A DNA stretch of 64,000 nt. It comes from a virus. The notes beneath the pieces were generated by a model. It saw only the letters and a list, made by a program, of their open reading frames with translations. It was not told the DNA's origin and did not search any database. Positions 44,382-53,924 of this stretch are shown here, piece by piece (position 1 is the first letter of the stretch; the number at the start of each line of letters is the position of its first letter). Made by a program: the position numbers and the translations under genes. The DNA is taken from positions 10,322 through 74,321 of the IMG/VR virus record IMGVR_UViG_3300047557_002984; one strand, given 5' to 3'.

Positions 44382-44814
44382 GTACACATGCGAACGCTGC
44401 GGCGGAACCGGCCAGCAGGAAGCCGGGACGCCTTGCCCACTGGGTTGGGGATACTCTGATCGAGCGGGAACGTGCGACCGCTGCAAAGGGCTTAGAATAC
44501 TGGGCAACGTCACGGTGGCGCAAGACGTGCCGCTGGTTGAGGAAATCAACTGGCTAGCGGAAGACGCGTTCTGCGCTGCCTATCGTATCGGCACGGCGGA
44601 AAAGTACCCTGAAATTTTCGCCACCAAAAACGATGACACGTTGATCTTGCGCGACAGCGCGGGCAAGCTGAGCAGTATCACGTTTGCCTGCGCGAAAGGC
44701 TTAATTGCGGAAACGGCGCGGTACGGCGTGCGCGTGGTCGCATTCAAGCAGGTCGTTGACTTGCAGGAAGCGCGCCCCGTGTGGCGATGTCCGCAGGAAG
44801 GAGATAAGCAATGA
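44365..44814 (+). CDS. protein with DnaJ-like CxxCxGxG repeats
   Basis: CERCGGTG, CDRCKG. Confidence 0.65.
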   Translation: MAHLAKYTCERCGGTGQQEAGTPCPLGWGYSDRAGTCDRCKGLRILGNVTVAQDVPLVEEINWLAEDAFCAAYRIGTAEKYPEIFATKNDDTLILRDSAGKLSSITFACAKGLIAETARYGVRVVAFKQVVDLQEARPVWRCPQEGDKQ

Positions 44815-45047
44815 CACCACACAACCGCTTTATGCTGTACGTCCTCGGCTCTGCCCTTTGCGGAACCGTGGCAATTAGCATCTGCCTGGAATCACCGGCA
44901 ATGCTTTTCGGATTGTTGCTTGGCTGGGTATCGCTAAGCATCGCGTTGCGCCCGTACATTGCAGAGCAATTCCTTATTCAATCACGTCAAGCAAATGCTC
45001 AATCGTCTGATCCTCCGCCTCATCCGCCAACAGGCGCACCGCAATAA
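44811..45047 (+). CDS. two-TM membrane protein
   Basis: Two hydrophobic helices; GGAG RBS. Confidence 0.55.
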   Translation: MTPHNRFMLYVLGSALCGTVAISICLESPAMLFGLLLGWVSLSIALRPYIAEQFLIQSRQANAQSSDPPPHPPTGAPQ

Positions 45048-45432
45048 ATAGCCGCTGCGCCTGCTCCCGAAAATACGCCACCTGCTCATCGGTGCCGCCG
45101 GGGTGAAAGGTGTTGAATGCCTGCGCCGTAGCCGCGCCGATCCCGTGTACCAGCAAATGCAACAATTCGTGCCGGATCGTATCGCGCGTGTCCTCGGTTG
45201 CGCGCGTGGATTCCAGCAACCACATCTGCGCTTTGCGGTACTGCTGGCAAGGCGAAATCTGCGCCACGGTTTCCATCACCCCGCCGTCATCGTTGGCTGA
45301 CATCTGCGCAGCGCTGAGCGTGTCCACGGTGATTGTCCACAGGTCAAGCTTTAGCCGCTTGACTTCTTGCCGGATGAGTTTGCGCACGCTCTCAGGGATG
45401 GACGGGGCAAAACGCAACTTGGCACGCGGCAT
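44974..45432 (-). CDS. putative zinc metallopeptidase (HExxH)
   Basis: TIRHELLHL with downstream Glu. Confidence 0.65.
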   Translation of the reverse strand: MPRAKLRFAPSIPESVRKLIRQEVKRLKLDLWTITVDTLSAAQMSANDDGGVMETVAQISPCQQYRKAQMWLLESTRATEDTRDTIRHELLHLLVHGIGAATAQAFNTFHPGGTDEQVAYFREQAQRLFIAVRLLADEAEDQTIEHLLDVIE

Positions 45433-45438
45433 ATTTCC

Positions 45439-46848
45439 CTACCCTTCCACGACAATGGGCGCGGCAATCGTGGCACCGCGCGCAGCATCCAGCAATTGAA
45501 AGTTCTGTGTCGGCGTTTCCGGCGAAGCGCCGATTGATTGCGCGTATGCGTTGTAACCGATAAGTGATGAGTTGGCCTGGAAGCGATACCAGGGCGCAAA
45601 CGGAAGCCGCGTGTGGTAGTGCCCAATGCTGTGCATATACACTCTGCGCTGCTGGTCAATGCGGGCGATATACTTCAACAAGGGCACGGTCATCCCGCCA
45701 ACGCCGCCCTTGTAATAGGTGTCATCACCGTGATGGAAGGCCAGCGGGTAGCCGTAGCAGTCCACGTAATTCAAGTAACCATTAACGACGCGCATTTCGA
45801 TCACATCATCGCCTTGATAGTGCGCCTCAAGCTCTTTGTAGAGCATCCATTCGTAGCTATTGCGGTAGCCGGTGGAAATCCTGCGCTTCTTGGTGGTGCG
45901 CCCGTGATTGCCAAAAGATGTCGGCACGATGATGCGCTTAAACTCGCCATCCTCTTTGAGCATCTTCAGCCCGCCCATGATCAGTTGCTTGGCAAGCAAG
46001 GATTCTTCCGTTGGGCTGAGATAGTTTGATTCTTCCAGTTCGTCGTGAATGTAGCCGGTGATCAGATCGCCACCTAGCCACAAGATGAGCGTGTCAATTT
46101 GCACGTCCTGGCGCTCTTTGCGCACCAGTTTTAGCCCGTTTTGAAAGAATCGCTTGGCCCGCGCGGTGGCGATGTCGGGGTTGTATTCGTTCAGGTAGTT
46201 GATCGTGGACGGCTCTACGCGCTCGCCAACGTGCCAATCGGAAGCCTGCCAGATTGCCGTGGCCTGCCCACCGTTTACGCTTAAGTCGGCTTCGATTTTG
46301 ACCGGGCTAACGGACTCTTGCACGGAGAGCAATGCGGATTGCCGCGCCTCGCTTTCCTCAAGCTGGCGCAGCGTTTCATCGTACCGCCGCTTGGTTTCCT
46401 TTAACTGCGTTTCTAATTGAATCCGCTGCCGGTCGGTGGCCACCACATCGGCAACCGTTGGCTCTGGCGCGCTTTCCAGCCAGTAGCGCCCGCCATCTTC
46501 CCGCAATTGGCCGCTGCCGCGCAGTTCGTCTACGCGATCCAATGCCGCGCCGCGTGTGCAGCCCAGCACGGTGGCCAGTTCGTCCAGTGTGCGTGGTGTC
46601 TTGAGTGCGCTATGTAGCGCGTCTGTGGAAGGCGGTGCGAACGCGCTCGGCATCGTCGGCGCGGGCAGATCATCCGGGCGTGGCAGGCGCAAATACCGGC
46701 ACACGCTGTCGCGGTGAACGCCAACGGCGCGTGCAATGGCTGACCGTGACGGCTTAGCATCCCCAGCGGCGACGCGCCGGTCGTGCTCAGCCCAGATCGC
46801 TTTGATTTTTTGCGGGGAAAGCGAAACCCCGACCTTATGAATGCTCAA
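45439..46848 (-). CDS. HTH/coiled-coil fused calcineurin-like metallophosphoesterase
   Basis: SDWH, GGDLI, GNHGR, HHGD, GHYH; N-terminal SRSAIARAVGVHRDSVCRYL HTH. Confidence 0.85.
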   Translation of the reverse strand: MSIHKVGVSLSPQKIKAIWAEHDRRVAAGDAKPSRSAIARAVGVHRDSVCRYLRLPRPDDLPAPTMPSAFAPPSTDALHSALKTPRTLDELATVLGCTRGAALDRVDELRGSGQLREDGGRYWLESAPEPTVADVVATDRQRIQLETQLKETKRRYDETLRQLEESEARQSALLSVQESVSPVKIEADLSVNGGQATAIWQASDWHVGERVEPSTINYLNEYNPDIATARAKRFFQNGLKLVRKERQDVQIDTLILWLGGDLITGYIHDELEESNYLSPTEESLLAKQLIMGGLKMLKEDGEFKRIIVPTSFGNHGRTTKKRRISTGYRNSYEWMLYKELEAHYQGDDVIEMRVVNGYLNYVDCYGYPLAFHHGDDTYYKGGVGGMTVPLLKYIARIDQQRRVYMHSIGHYHTRLPFAPWYRFQANSSLIGYNAYAQSIGASPETPTQNFQLLDAARGATIAAPIVVEG

Positions 46849-46939
46849 ACTCCCAACCCTTCGGGCACCATTCCGATAGTGTTCGGCCTGTGAGGAATGC
46901 GCTGCTGGCGCGTTGCCAGCCCCAAGCCTGCGCGAGCTT

Positions 46940-47320
46940 CTATTTATTGCATGGATTTTCAGGCAACGCTTCCATTGCCTGATCCCAACTGTCCGCTTCT
47001 TTCATCCGGTGAATGATTGGGGTCTGAGGTTGCATTTGGCGTTTGTGACAGCACCATTTGGCAACGCCCCAAACCGGATCGGTGGCGTGTGCGCGGTATA
47101 TTGGCTCAATGTCTGCCATTCCAAACAGTTCGGCGTCAGCCAACCCCCAAGCAAAAATGTCGCTACAGAACACAAAGAGGCACACTTGATAGCCATCTCC
47201 TACGGGAACCGAATTGGCAAAGATTCTCCCGTCACGAAGAAGCACGGCTAATGCGATCTCTTCATCGAAAAACTCTTCTCCGTCCACCGTAGTTATAACT
47301 TGCGCGCTTAATTCATCCAT
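46940..47320 (-). CDS. hypothetical protein
   Basis: Protein-like ORF (CSDIFAWG..DAE). Confidence 0.7.
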   Translation of the reverse strand: MDELSAQVITTVDGEEFFDEEIALAVLLRDGRIFANSVPVGDGYQVCLFVFCSDIFAWGLADAELFGMADIEPIYRAHATDPVWGVAKWCCHKRQMQPQTPIIHRMKEADSWDQAMEALPENPCNK

Positions 47321-47399
47321 AAACAAGAAAAACGCCCGCCGCCGTCCGACGCATCCCAGAATCAGCCAACGGCGGGCCTGTTAGCGTGTCGGGTGAGGA

Positions 47400-47597
47400 T
47401 CACTCACCCCGTTGCCCTAAATTCGCCACCACAACACCCCTCACCGGCTGCCGTGGTGGTGCTTCAGTCAGTTGAGGTAAATCGTAAAAATCTTGACAGC
47501 ATCGCAAGGTGACGGTCTGCGCGGAAATGACAACATCCGTCGCGTTCGCCACCACGGACGAACCGAGCAAGAGAAGTGTGAGAAGAAATGCTTTCAT
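47400..47597 (-). CDS. short or truncated secreted protein
   Basis: Signal peptide MKAFLLTLLLLGSSVVANA. Confidence 0.45.
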   Translation of the reverse strand: MKAFLLTLLLLGSSVVANATDVVISAQTVTLRCCQDFYDLPQLTEAPPRQPVRGVVVANLGQRGE

Positions 47598-47677
47598 AGA
47601 AATTTGGCGACCGCCCGTAACGCGCACCGACCCCCGTCTTTGCGCGATTGCTGCCCTACAGCCGGGCGGTCATAGCG

Positions 47678-48073
47678 TTAGGGTTTGGTCGGCTTTTCCT
47701 GAGCTTCAAAATCCGCGTCCGCTTGCACGCTGGCAGCGGTCAATCGGTTTGCACGAAGACGCTCTTTTGCTGCCGTGGCAATATTATTCTCAAAGATCGC
47801 ACCCAATTGTGCGCTGACAATGGCCAAGTCGTAGATAATTTCGCCTTTGGCGTTTTTCTTACAAGTGCCGTCAACTTCTTTTTCGCAAAGGTCAATACGT
47901 CCACGGCTTTCCACGTAAGGAGCAAGGTATGCAGCGAGTTTCCGATCTGCGGCTTGTTGCGTATCTGCCGCAAATCGCTGCGTAAAGCGAAAGGTTGCTG
48001 TTTGTTGTTGCGCCCCGATCAATGTCGAGGCGAGAACGAGAACGAGAATGGTCAAAAAGAAAAGTCGTTTCAT
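47678..48073 (-). CDS. secreted protein
   Basis: Signal MKRLFFLTILVLVLASTLIGA-Q; GAGG RBS. Confidence 0.7.
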   Translation of the reverse strand: MKRLFFLTILVLVLASTLIGAQQQTATFRFTQRFAADTQQAADRKLAAYLAPYVESRGRIDLCEKEVDGTCKKNAKGEIIYDLAIVSAQLGAIFENNIATAAKERLRANRLTAASVQADADFEAQEKPTKP

Positions 48074-48079
48074 AAATCC

Positions 48080-51067
48080 TCAATTACAAAGATATACGCG
48101 CCAGCGCGTTGAAGTTGTGTCATAGCGAGCGATGGCACATTTGCCCGCCGTTAAAGTCAAATCAGCACCCGTGGACGTGGTAAACCGATTCGCGGCAGTA
48201 CTGCTTGCGTTTTCGTTTTGCAAGACAATGTCGTTGCTTCCGACGTTCCAGATTTCCATGATCTGGCCATCTATGTTGCCCTGTGACATTCCCGTCACAT
48301 TGCGCGACGCATCGCTTGACCATCGCTGAAACCAACCAGTACCAGGAGCATAGTTGTTTCGATCAGCAGTAATCTGCGCAGGAGTACGCGCAGGGGTAGA
48401 GAACGTAGCAGGCGTGGTGCCTGAACCATTTCCCGCAAGTTGCAGAATGTTCACACCGCCACGCCGCAGCCAGTTGTCTTGGGAAAGATTGTCAATTCCT
48501 AGCTGGCTCAAACTGAAACCGTTTGAATTGACTATGCCGCGTTGCGTGCCGCTAGTAACAATGCCCAAGACTCCCGCGCCTATTGAGTAAATGCCGTCAG
48601 TTGCGGAACCAATTGCTAACGCAGGAGCGCCTGCGGCTCCCGCTTGCGTGATAAAGACCTGCCCGGCAGTACCAGTACCGATTCCCGCGCCGCCCGTTAG
48701 AACAATATTGCCGCCATTCGCATTTCCGCTTGTATTTCGCGCGGCTGCCCCACTGGTGATCGTAATGGCCCCGCCTGCGGCTGCACCTGTATTACTACCA
48801 GCCGTGGCGGCGCTTGCTGTAAGGTTGAACGGCGTTCCGGCTGTCGCGTTTGTAGCAGCAGCAGGAGCATTTGCGGTCAAACTGACAGCGTTTCCAGCAG
48901 TGTTGTTAGCAATGGTGATGTACTGCGTCGCGCTCGTTGTCGGCGAAAAGGCAAGCATTGGGTTGCCGTTTGCGTCGTCTAACTCCGTGGTGATGCGCGG
49001 TGATGTGGCGCGCAAATTACCTGATCCAGCGGTGACATTCGTACCATCAGATGTAAAGCCGGAAATTTCGCCATAGACGCCCGCGTTATTGTAAGGGATA
49101 CGGGTATTGGTGCCGCTGGTAATCGTTGTGGTGCCCACGGTGATGCCGCCACCGCCACCACCGCAGCCCGTGCAACTGGTCACGGTCAGCGCGCCCGCCA
49201 CGTCCAGCTTGGCAACCGTTGTGCCCGCCGCATTCTGAAAATCAAAGTAATTGCCGGTGGGTGATGTATCCGTATTCCGCTTGATCAACAGGCCCGTGAT
49301 GTTGTTCGCGCCCAGCGTGGCCGAAATCTGCCCGCCGCTGGTTGGTGCCGCTACACCAAGGCCGAGATTACCAAACCGCGTGTTGCTCGTGGTGGCGATG
49401 TCCTGCGGCAAGCTCAATGTGACCGCGCCAGTGGCTGCGCTGGCCGTGACCTGGTTCGCGGTGCCCGTGATCGAATTGACCACGTTCGTTAAACTCGCTC
49501 CGCTCCCCGTGGGCGCAAGGTAATCCGTGCCTGCTACCGCCGATGAGAATCCGCCGCTCCCGTTGCCCTTCAGGATTGCGCTGCCGGAAGTCGCGGGCGC
49601 ATAATCCGTGCCGCTCACAGCCGCGCTCACGGTGCCGCTACCGTTGGCTTTCAGGATGCCGTTGACCGTACCCGCGCCGCCATAGCTTGAACCAATCACC
49701 GCGCCATTCCATGTGCCCGTGGTGATCGTGCCCAGCGTCGTGATTGTGTTTTGGCCTGTGTAGGTGCTGGCAATCGTGAGCGTTGGATTGCCGCTTACGC
49801 CATCGCCATTCGTGACCGTGATCTTATCTGTCGTGCCCGTGATGGTGCGCGCCGCGCCTGTGCCCGCGCCTGTGCGCGCCCAAAGGCCGCTTGTCGAGTT
49901 CCCAGCGAGCGCGGTCAGATCGGAATCCAGGTCTTGCTTGTTGCCAAGCTGCGTCTGGATGGCCGACGTGACGCCTGACACATAGCCCAATTCAGTGGAC
50001 GTGACCGAGGACGCCGTAAGCACGCCTGACGCATCTGTAACCGCCGCGCGTGACGCCGTGAGCGCCGCCAGCTTGGAAAGCGCAATCGCCGCAGATGCGG
50101 ATAGCTCGGTATTCGTAATGCCGGACAGGCGCGCCAGTGGGAGCGTGCCGCTGCTCAGGTCTGACGCGCTGCGTGTGGTAATGTCCCCAAGGCTGGATGT
50201 CGTCTTATCAATCTGCGCCCAAGTGTAATCATTCGTGGCCGCAACGACTGCGCCGGTTCGCCCGAATACGGACGAAACCGCACCCCCACCGCCGCCCGTG
50301 CCGTTCGCCTTGGCCGTCACGCGCCCATAGGCATCAATCGTCAAATCGCAATTCGTACAGGTTCCCGCGCTCACGCCGGATGTCGCCAAATCTAACGCGC
50401 CGCTGGCAAAGTCGAACCGCGCGGAGGGCGTAATGTTTTCCGGTGCGCCCGTGCTAGCCGTGGTGCGCCCTAAGAGCACGCCAGAGCTAAGCGTCAGCCC
50501 GCTGGTCGTGATCGCGCCCGGCGCAACGTAATCCGTCCCCGCAGATGCTGTGGCCGGTGTGGATGTGCCGCTGCTAACCGTGTGCTTGAGCAGGCCGCTG
50601 GTCAGTGAGCCCAGGCTGAACTCCGCGCTCAGGCCAGATTCCGCCGTGCGCGTGATGAAGGTGGCGCTCGATGGCGCGTACCCGGTCGCGGTCAGCGTGC
50701 GCAGTGCGTCCGCCTCGCTTAGTAATTCGTGCAGATTGGCCGTGCTGCTGGCGGGAATGTAGAGGCGAATGCCGGAGCGGAAATCGTACCGCCCCAGGAT
50801 CATATTAGCCCGGATTGTAGTGATAGATCGCTGCGGTACGGTGAAAGAAACAGCACCCGTGCTAGCGTCAGATGTTACCGTCTGAGCTACTGTCTGAATA
50901 ACTGCGCCATCAACTTCAACTTGCACAATCTGAAGCGTGCAAGAGGTGCAAGGCACGTTCGTGGTTTTCAGGAGAACGCCTGACACTGTGCAGGAGCTAA
51001 CCGTTTGTGCGCGAGCGGATAAGGTGAGCAGCGCGAAAAGCGCGAGTAGAAAAGAAAGGCGACGCAT
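48080..51067 (-). CDS. fibre/adhesin-like Gly/Thr/Ser/Ala-rich protein with Sec signal peptide
   Basis: MRRLSFLLALFALLTLSARA-Q; fibre modules VSSVFGRTGAV, KQDLDSDLTALAG, ITVTNGDGVSGNPT, AGTDY repeats. Confidence 0.8.
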   Translation of the reverse strand: MRRLSFLLALFALLTLSARAQTVSSCTVSGVLLKTTNVPCTSCTLQIVQVEVDGAVIQTVAQTVTSDASTGAVSFTVPQRSITTIRANMILGRYDFRSGIRLYIPASSTANLHELLSEADALRTLTATGYAPSSATFITRTAESGLSAEFSLGSLTSGLLKHTVSSGTSTPATASAGTDYVAPGAITTSGLTLSSGVLLGRTTASTGAPENITPSARFDFASGALDLATSGVSAGTCTNCDLTIDAYGRVTAKANGTGGGGGAVSSVFGRTGAVVAATNDYTWAQIDKTTSSLGDITTRSASDLSSGTLPLARLSGITNTELSASAAIALSKLAALTASRAAVTDASGVLTASSVTSTELGYVSGVTSAIQTQLGNKQDLDSDLTALAGNSTSGLWARTGAGTGAARTITGTTDKITVTNGDGVSGNPTLTIASTYTGQNTITTLGTITTGTWNGAVIGSSYGGAGTVNGILKANGSGTVSAAVSGTDYAPATSGSAILKGNGSGGFSSAVAGTDYLAPTGSGASLTNVVNSITGTANQVTASAATGAVTLSLPQDIATTSNTRFGNLGLGVAAPTSGGQISATLGANNITGLLIKRNTDTSPTGNYFDFQNAAGTTVAKLDVAGALTVTSCTGCGGGGGGITVGTTTITSGTNTRIPYNNAGVYGEISGFTSDGTNVTAGSGNLRATSPRITTELDDANGNPMLAFSPTTSATQYITIANNTAGNAVSLTANAPAAATNATAGTPFNLTASAATAGSNTGAAAGGAITITSGAAARNTSGNANGGNIVLTGGAGIGTGTAGQVFITQAGAAGAPALAIGSATDGIYSIGAGVLGIVTSGTQRGIVNSNGFSLSQLGIDNLSQDNWLRRGGVNILQLAGNGSGTTPATFSTPARTPAQITADRNNYAPGTGWFQRWSSDASRNVTGMSQGNIDGQIMEIWNVGSNDIVLQNENASSTAANRFTTSTGADLTLTAGKCAIARYDTTSTRWRVYLCN

Positions 51068-51152
51068 CCCGGAATCCTCGAAATTCCAGGATGAACGCTG
51101 TGGCTCAGCGTGCGGAGTATAACAAAAAATCACAGGAATGGTGATTTTTCTC

Positions 51153-51182
51153 TTGCGGAACTAGGCGCGCTTGCGGTACTAT
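51153..51182 (+). promoter_or_regulatory. promoter P4 with tandem direct repeat
   Basis: TTGCGG-N18-TACTAT; CTTGCGGWACTA twice at 18-bp period; leader resembles that of P1. Confidence 0.7.
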
Positions 51183-51230
51183 GCGCTTGTCAGTTGGCAA
51201 GCACGCCAGCGACGAACCGGAGGAAAAGTA

Positions 51231-51509
51231 ATGGCCAGCTTTTGCACTTACTGTCAAAAAGATTTCACCGAAGGCGAGAAACCTGTGCGCGCCAATCGGG
51301 GCGCACTAGGAAAATGGGCGCACGCTGGTTGTAAGCCTGTCAGCGGCAGTCATACGGCGGCTGGTTGGCGCGTCGCAGTCAGCGAATCCACAAACCGCAA
51401 CGTTCCCGTCGGTCTCACCAAGCAGTTCGTGAATGAGTGCAAAGCGCGCGCGTATGCGGCTGGCCTTGAAGCCTTTGGCGGTGTTACATGTACCGTCTCG
51501 GAAATTTAA
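51231..51509 (+). CDS. small zinc-binding early protein
   Basis: GGAGG RBS; CTYC...HAGC. Confidence 0.7.
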   Translation: MASFCTYCQKDFTEGEKPVRANRGALGKWAHAGCKPVSGSHTAAGWRVAVSESTNRNVPVGLTKQFVNECKARAYAAGLEAFGGVTCTVSEI

Positions 51510-51552
51510 TCACCCCCCGCGAGCCTGCCCCGCTCGCTCACAGGAGCACGAC

Positions 51553-51891
51553 ATGACCAACAAGCAACTGAAAGACATCATTGAAATGACGAGCTACGAA
51601 ACCCGCTCCTACAGCGGGCGCGGCATGTATGGCAAAGAATGCCTCGCCTTCACTGCCGACGCTGGGACATCGAGCTTCGTCGTCGCGGCGGATTTGATGG
51701 AAGCGGCACTTTACGCGGGCGAAGATTTCATTGAGTCAGTTTTGGCAGCAATGCGGGGCATCCGAACGGACAGCCTGGGACGTGGCACGGTGTTCTACTT
51801 TCCAGGCGTGCCCGCTGACGGGCTTCGCTTTGAGGAAGCGGAAGACGAAGGCGACGCACCGGGCGAAGGCAACCCGGCACAGTGGCGGTAA
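51553..51891 (+). CDS. conserved acidic phage protein
   Basis: RSYSGRGMYGKECL...DSLGRG..YFP. Confidence 0.8.
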   Translation: MTNKQLKDIIEMTSYETRSYSGRGMYGKECLAFTADAGTSSFVVAADLMEAALYAGEDFIESVLAAMRGIRTDSLGRGTVFYFPGVPADGLRFEEAEDEGDAPGEGNPAQWR

Positions 51892-51902
51892 GGAGGGGCG
51901 CT

Positions 51903-52289
51903 ATGACCGAGCAACAAACCAAGGAGCTTTTCAATATCCACATCGTCACGAACGACGCCCGCACCATCTTTGCCAGCGGTCGCGACTTCTTGGAAGCGTT
52001 CGAGAAAGGCGCAACCATCGAAGGCGCATTTCTGGTCACAGCGTACTGGTTTCACCGTGAAATTCCTGCATGGATCGCCGCGCTTGACCAGCTTTACGTT
52101 GAGTACGAGTTTCACCATGGCCAGCGTGTTGACCTCGCCATCAAGTATCTGCGCGCACAGGGCGTGCAATGCCCAGAGTTCACCGATTACCTGCTGCGCC
52201 AGTCTCGTTACGGGACTGCGCCAGCGGGGAGCGTCAGCGATGTGGTATTAGGAGCGTTCCACCGCTCGCTGGATTGGAGCAATGAATGA
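51903..52289 (+). CDS. hypothetical protein
   Basis: AAGGAGG RBS. Confidence 0.7.
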   Translation: MTEQQTKELFNIHIVTNDARTIFASGRDFLEAFEKGATIEGAFLVTAYWFHREIPAWIAALDQLYVEYEFHHGQRVDLAIKYLRAQGVQCPEFTDYLLRQSRYGTAPAGSVSDVVLGAFHRSLDWSNE

Positions 52290-52543
52290 CAGATCAAGGC
52301 TTAATTGGCAAAACTGTCTATTGGGTAAGCGTTGGCCACATCTCGCGCGGTGTGGTCAGGGATAGCCGTGAGGTTATCTGGCCTAACGACACGCTCACGA
52401 TTGAGCATGTGGACGGATACAAGCAAACTATCGGCGCGTCACGCGTCCACTGCGATCCGCTTGATGCCGCCAGAGAAGCGCGGGAATGCGCGGAGGCGCT
52501 GCTGGATGCAGCGAATCAGTTGGAAAAGGAGGCAAGCGAATGA
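52286..52543 (+). CDS. cassette gene 1
   Basis: Ends EASE within the junction repeat. Confidence 0.7.
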   Translation: MTDQGLIGKTVYWVSVGHISRGVVRDSREVIWPNDTLTIEHVDGYKQTIGASRVHCDPLDAAREARECAEALLDAANQLEKEASE

Positions 52544-52920
52544 ACCCAGACCACAACGCCCTAAACCACTTTCTTGCAGCAGCAATGGGCGAGGATGAAT
52601 TTCTGCCGCGATGCTTCGCGGAACGCCACGCCATCAACGGCGATGGCGATTGTTTGGATTGCGGCATTGACGCGCACGAATCGCCGCAAGTGCCGCCGGA
52701 TTATGCCGGGAATCAAGCGGAAAGCAGACGCTTGCTGGCGTGGATCAACCGGCAATACGGCGGGGTAAGGTTGCGGTTTATGAAACACTTATGCGACCTG
52801 TGCGAATTGCACGCCCCGCTATCGCTCTTAGAGGTGCTAACGCTGATGGCTGAAGTGCCACTGCTCGCGATTGCGCAGGCAGCGGAGTTGACGATTAAAG
52901 AGAAGGAGGCAAGCAAATGA
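52540..52920 (+). CDS. cassette gene 2 (ABA-sandwich-like with Cys insert)
   Basis: ALNHFLAAAMG...PPDYAGN; starts MN, ends EASK. Confidence 0.7.
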   Translation: MNPDHNALNHFLAAAMGEDEFLPRCFAERHAINGDGDCLDCGIDAHESPQVPPDYAGNQAESRRLLAWINRQYGGVRLRFMKHLCDLCELHAPLSLLEVLTLMAEVPLLAIAQAAELTIKEKEASK

Positions 52921-53111
52921 ACCTGATTAAGCTTATCAAGCAATGCTTATGCGATCACAACTGGATCGCGCGAATTAAGGAAAGCAAAGAGAAATGGCAA
53001 CCCGATACGCACTGGCGCGTAATCGCCGCTGAGTATCGCTGCCCAAAATGCGGGAAAACGCGCCCAATGGACGAAGAAGAGGCGCAACTACTCGCGGAGG
53101 CAAGCAAATGA
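52917..53111 (+). CDS. cassette gene 3 (zinc ribbon)
   Basis: CDHNW...CPKCGK. Confidence 0.7.
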   Translation: MNLIKLIKQCLCDHNWIARIKESKEKWQPDTHWRVIAAEYRCPKCGKTRPMDEEEAQLLAEASK

Positions 53112-53479
53112 ACGAATTTACCCAAGAAGAAAAAGCCAAACTGCCCAAGTGGGCGCTGCAAAAGATTGAAATGCTTGAATCTGAACGCCAGGCCGCAGTC
53201 ACAGCGCTGCGACGGTACACTGACGAGCAAACGGGAAGCCCGTTCCGCGTGACTGAATTAGAGTGCATCGGCGAACAAGTCGGGCCGACATTCATCACGC
53301 GATACATTCAAGCCTACAAAATGGAAATCGCTTGGAAGGGCGTAGAGCTTACTGTTATCACTAAGGATGATGGCATCTTCCTATCTTGGGTGGCAGAAAA
53401 TCAGAGCGTGCGCAATTTCGTAGGCTTAGTGCCCCTCGCGTTCCAACAGGCCACATTGCGCGCGGAGGCAAGCGAATGA
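53108..53479 (+). CDS. cassette gene 4
   Basis: KLPKWA motif; starts MN, ends EASE. Confidence 0.72.
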   Translation: MNEFTQEEKAKLPKWALQKIEMLESERQAAVTALRRYTDEQTGSPFRVTELECIGEQVGPTFITRYIQAYKMEIAWKGVELTVITKDDGIFLSWVAENQSVRNFVGLVPLAFQQATLRAEASE

Positions 53480-53742
53480 ACCAATGGCAACCAATGAGCA
53501 CTGCGCCGAAGGACGGCACGAAAATTCTAGGCTGGCGGAAGGATTGCGGCGTTCTCTTGATTCGTTGGGATTGTGCCGCATCGTTCCTAACCGCTGACGA
53601 ACGGCGGCATATGGACGAAGATTACCTATCCGCGATGGATTGGTTTTGCGCCGATTTCATCACCGGCGCGCGTCTTGAGGGCGTAGACGTGCTAACGCAT
53701 TGGATGCCGCTACCGGAGCCACCACAGGAGGCAAGCGAATGA
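53476..53742 (+). CDS. cassette gene 5, DUF551 family
   Basis: WQPMSTAPKDGT...THWMPLPEPP. Confidence 0.85.
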   Translation: MNQWQPMSTAPKDGTKILGWRKDCGVLLIRWDCAASFLTADERRHMDEDYLSAMDWFCADFITGARLEGVDVLTHWMPLPEPPQEASE

Positions 53743-53924
53743 ACCCAGAATCCGCTTACGAGTGCGTCGCGTGTCCCAACGTCTTTGGAGACTTCGAGGA
53801 AGCTGCCCACTGCTGCGGGTATGGCTACTATGACGTGTTCCTGTGCGGCGAGTGCGGCACAAGCTATTTCACCGAATATGAGGCAGAGGCGTGCTGCCAG
53901 GAGGAAGAAGATGATTCGCTTTGA
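53739..53924 (+). CDS. cassette gene 6, acidic double Cys-finger
   Basis: Two CxxC-x12-CC units. Confidence 0.65.
   Translation: MNPESAYECVACPNVFGDFEEAAHCCGYGYYDVFLCGECGTSYFTEYEAEACCQEEEDDSL

Larger units (their letters stand above)
52528..53744 (+). repeat. five dispersed 18-nt gene-junction repeats GGAGGCAAGCRAATGAAC
   Basis: Copies at 52528, 52905, 53096, 53464, 53727; only one variable position. Confidence 0.92.

Noticed and set aside
46860-46935. HDV-like ribozyme upstream of the phosphoesterase
   Set aside because: Could not build the nested double pseudoknot; only simple hairpins.
52528-53744. CRISPR array interpretation of the 18-nt repeats
   Set aside because: Spacings are 191-377 bp and hold complete genes; the repeat is an RBS/start signal; no cas genes are present.
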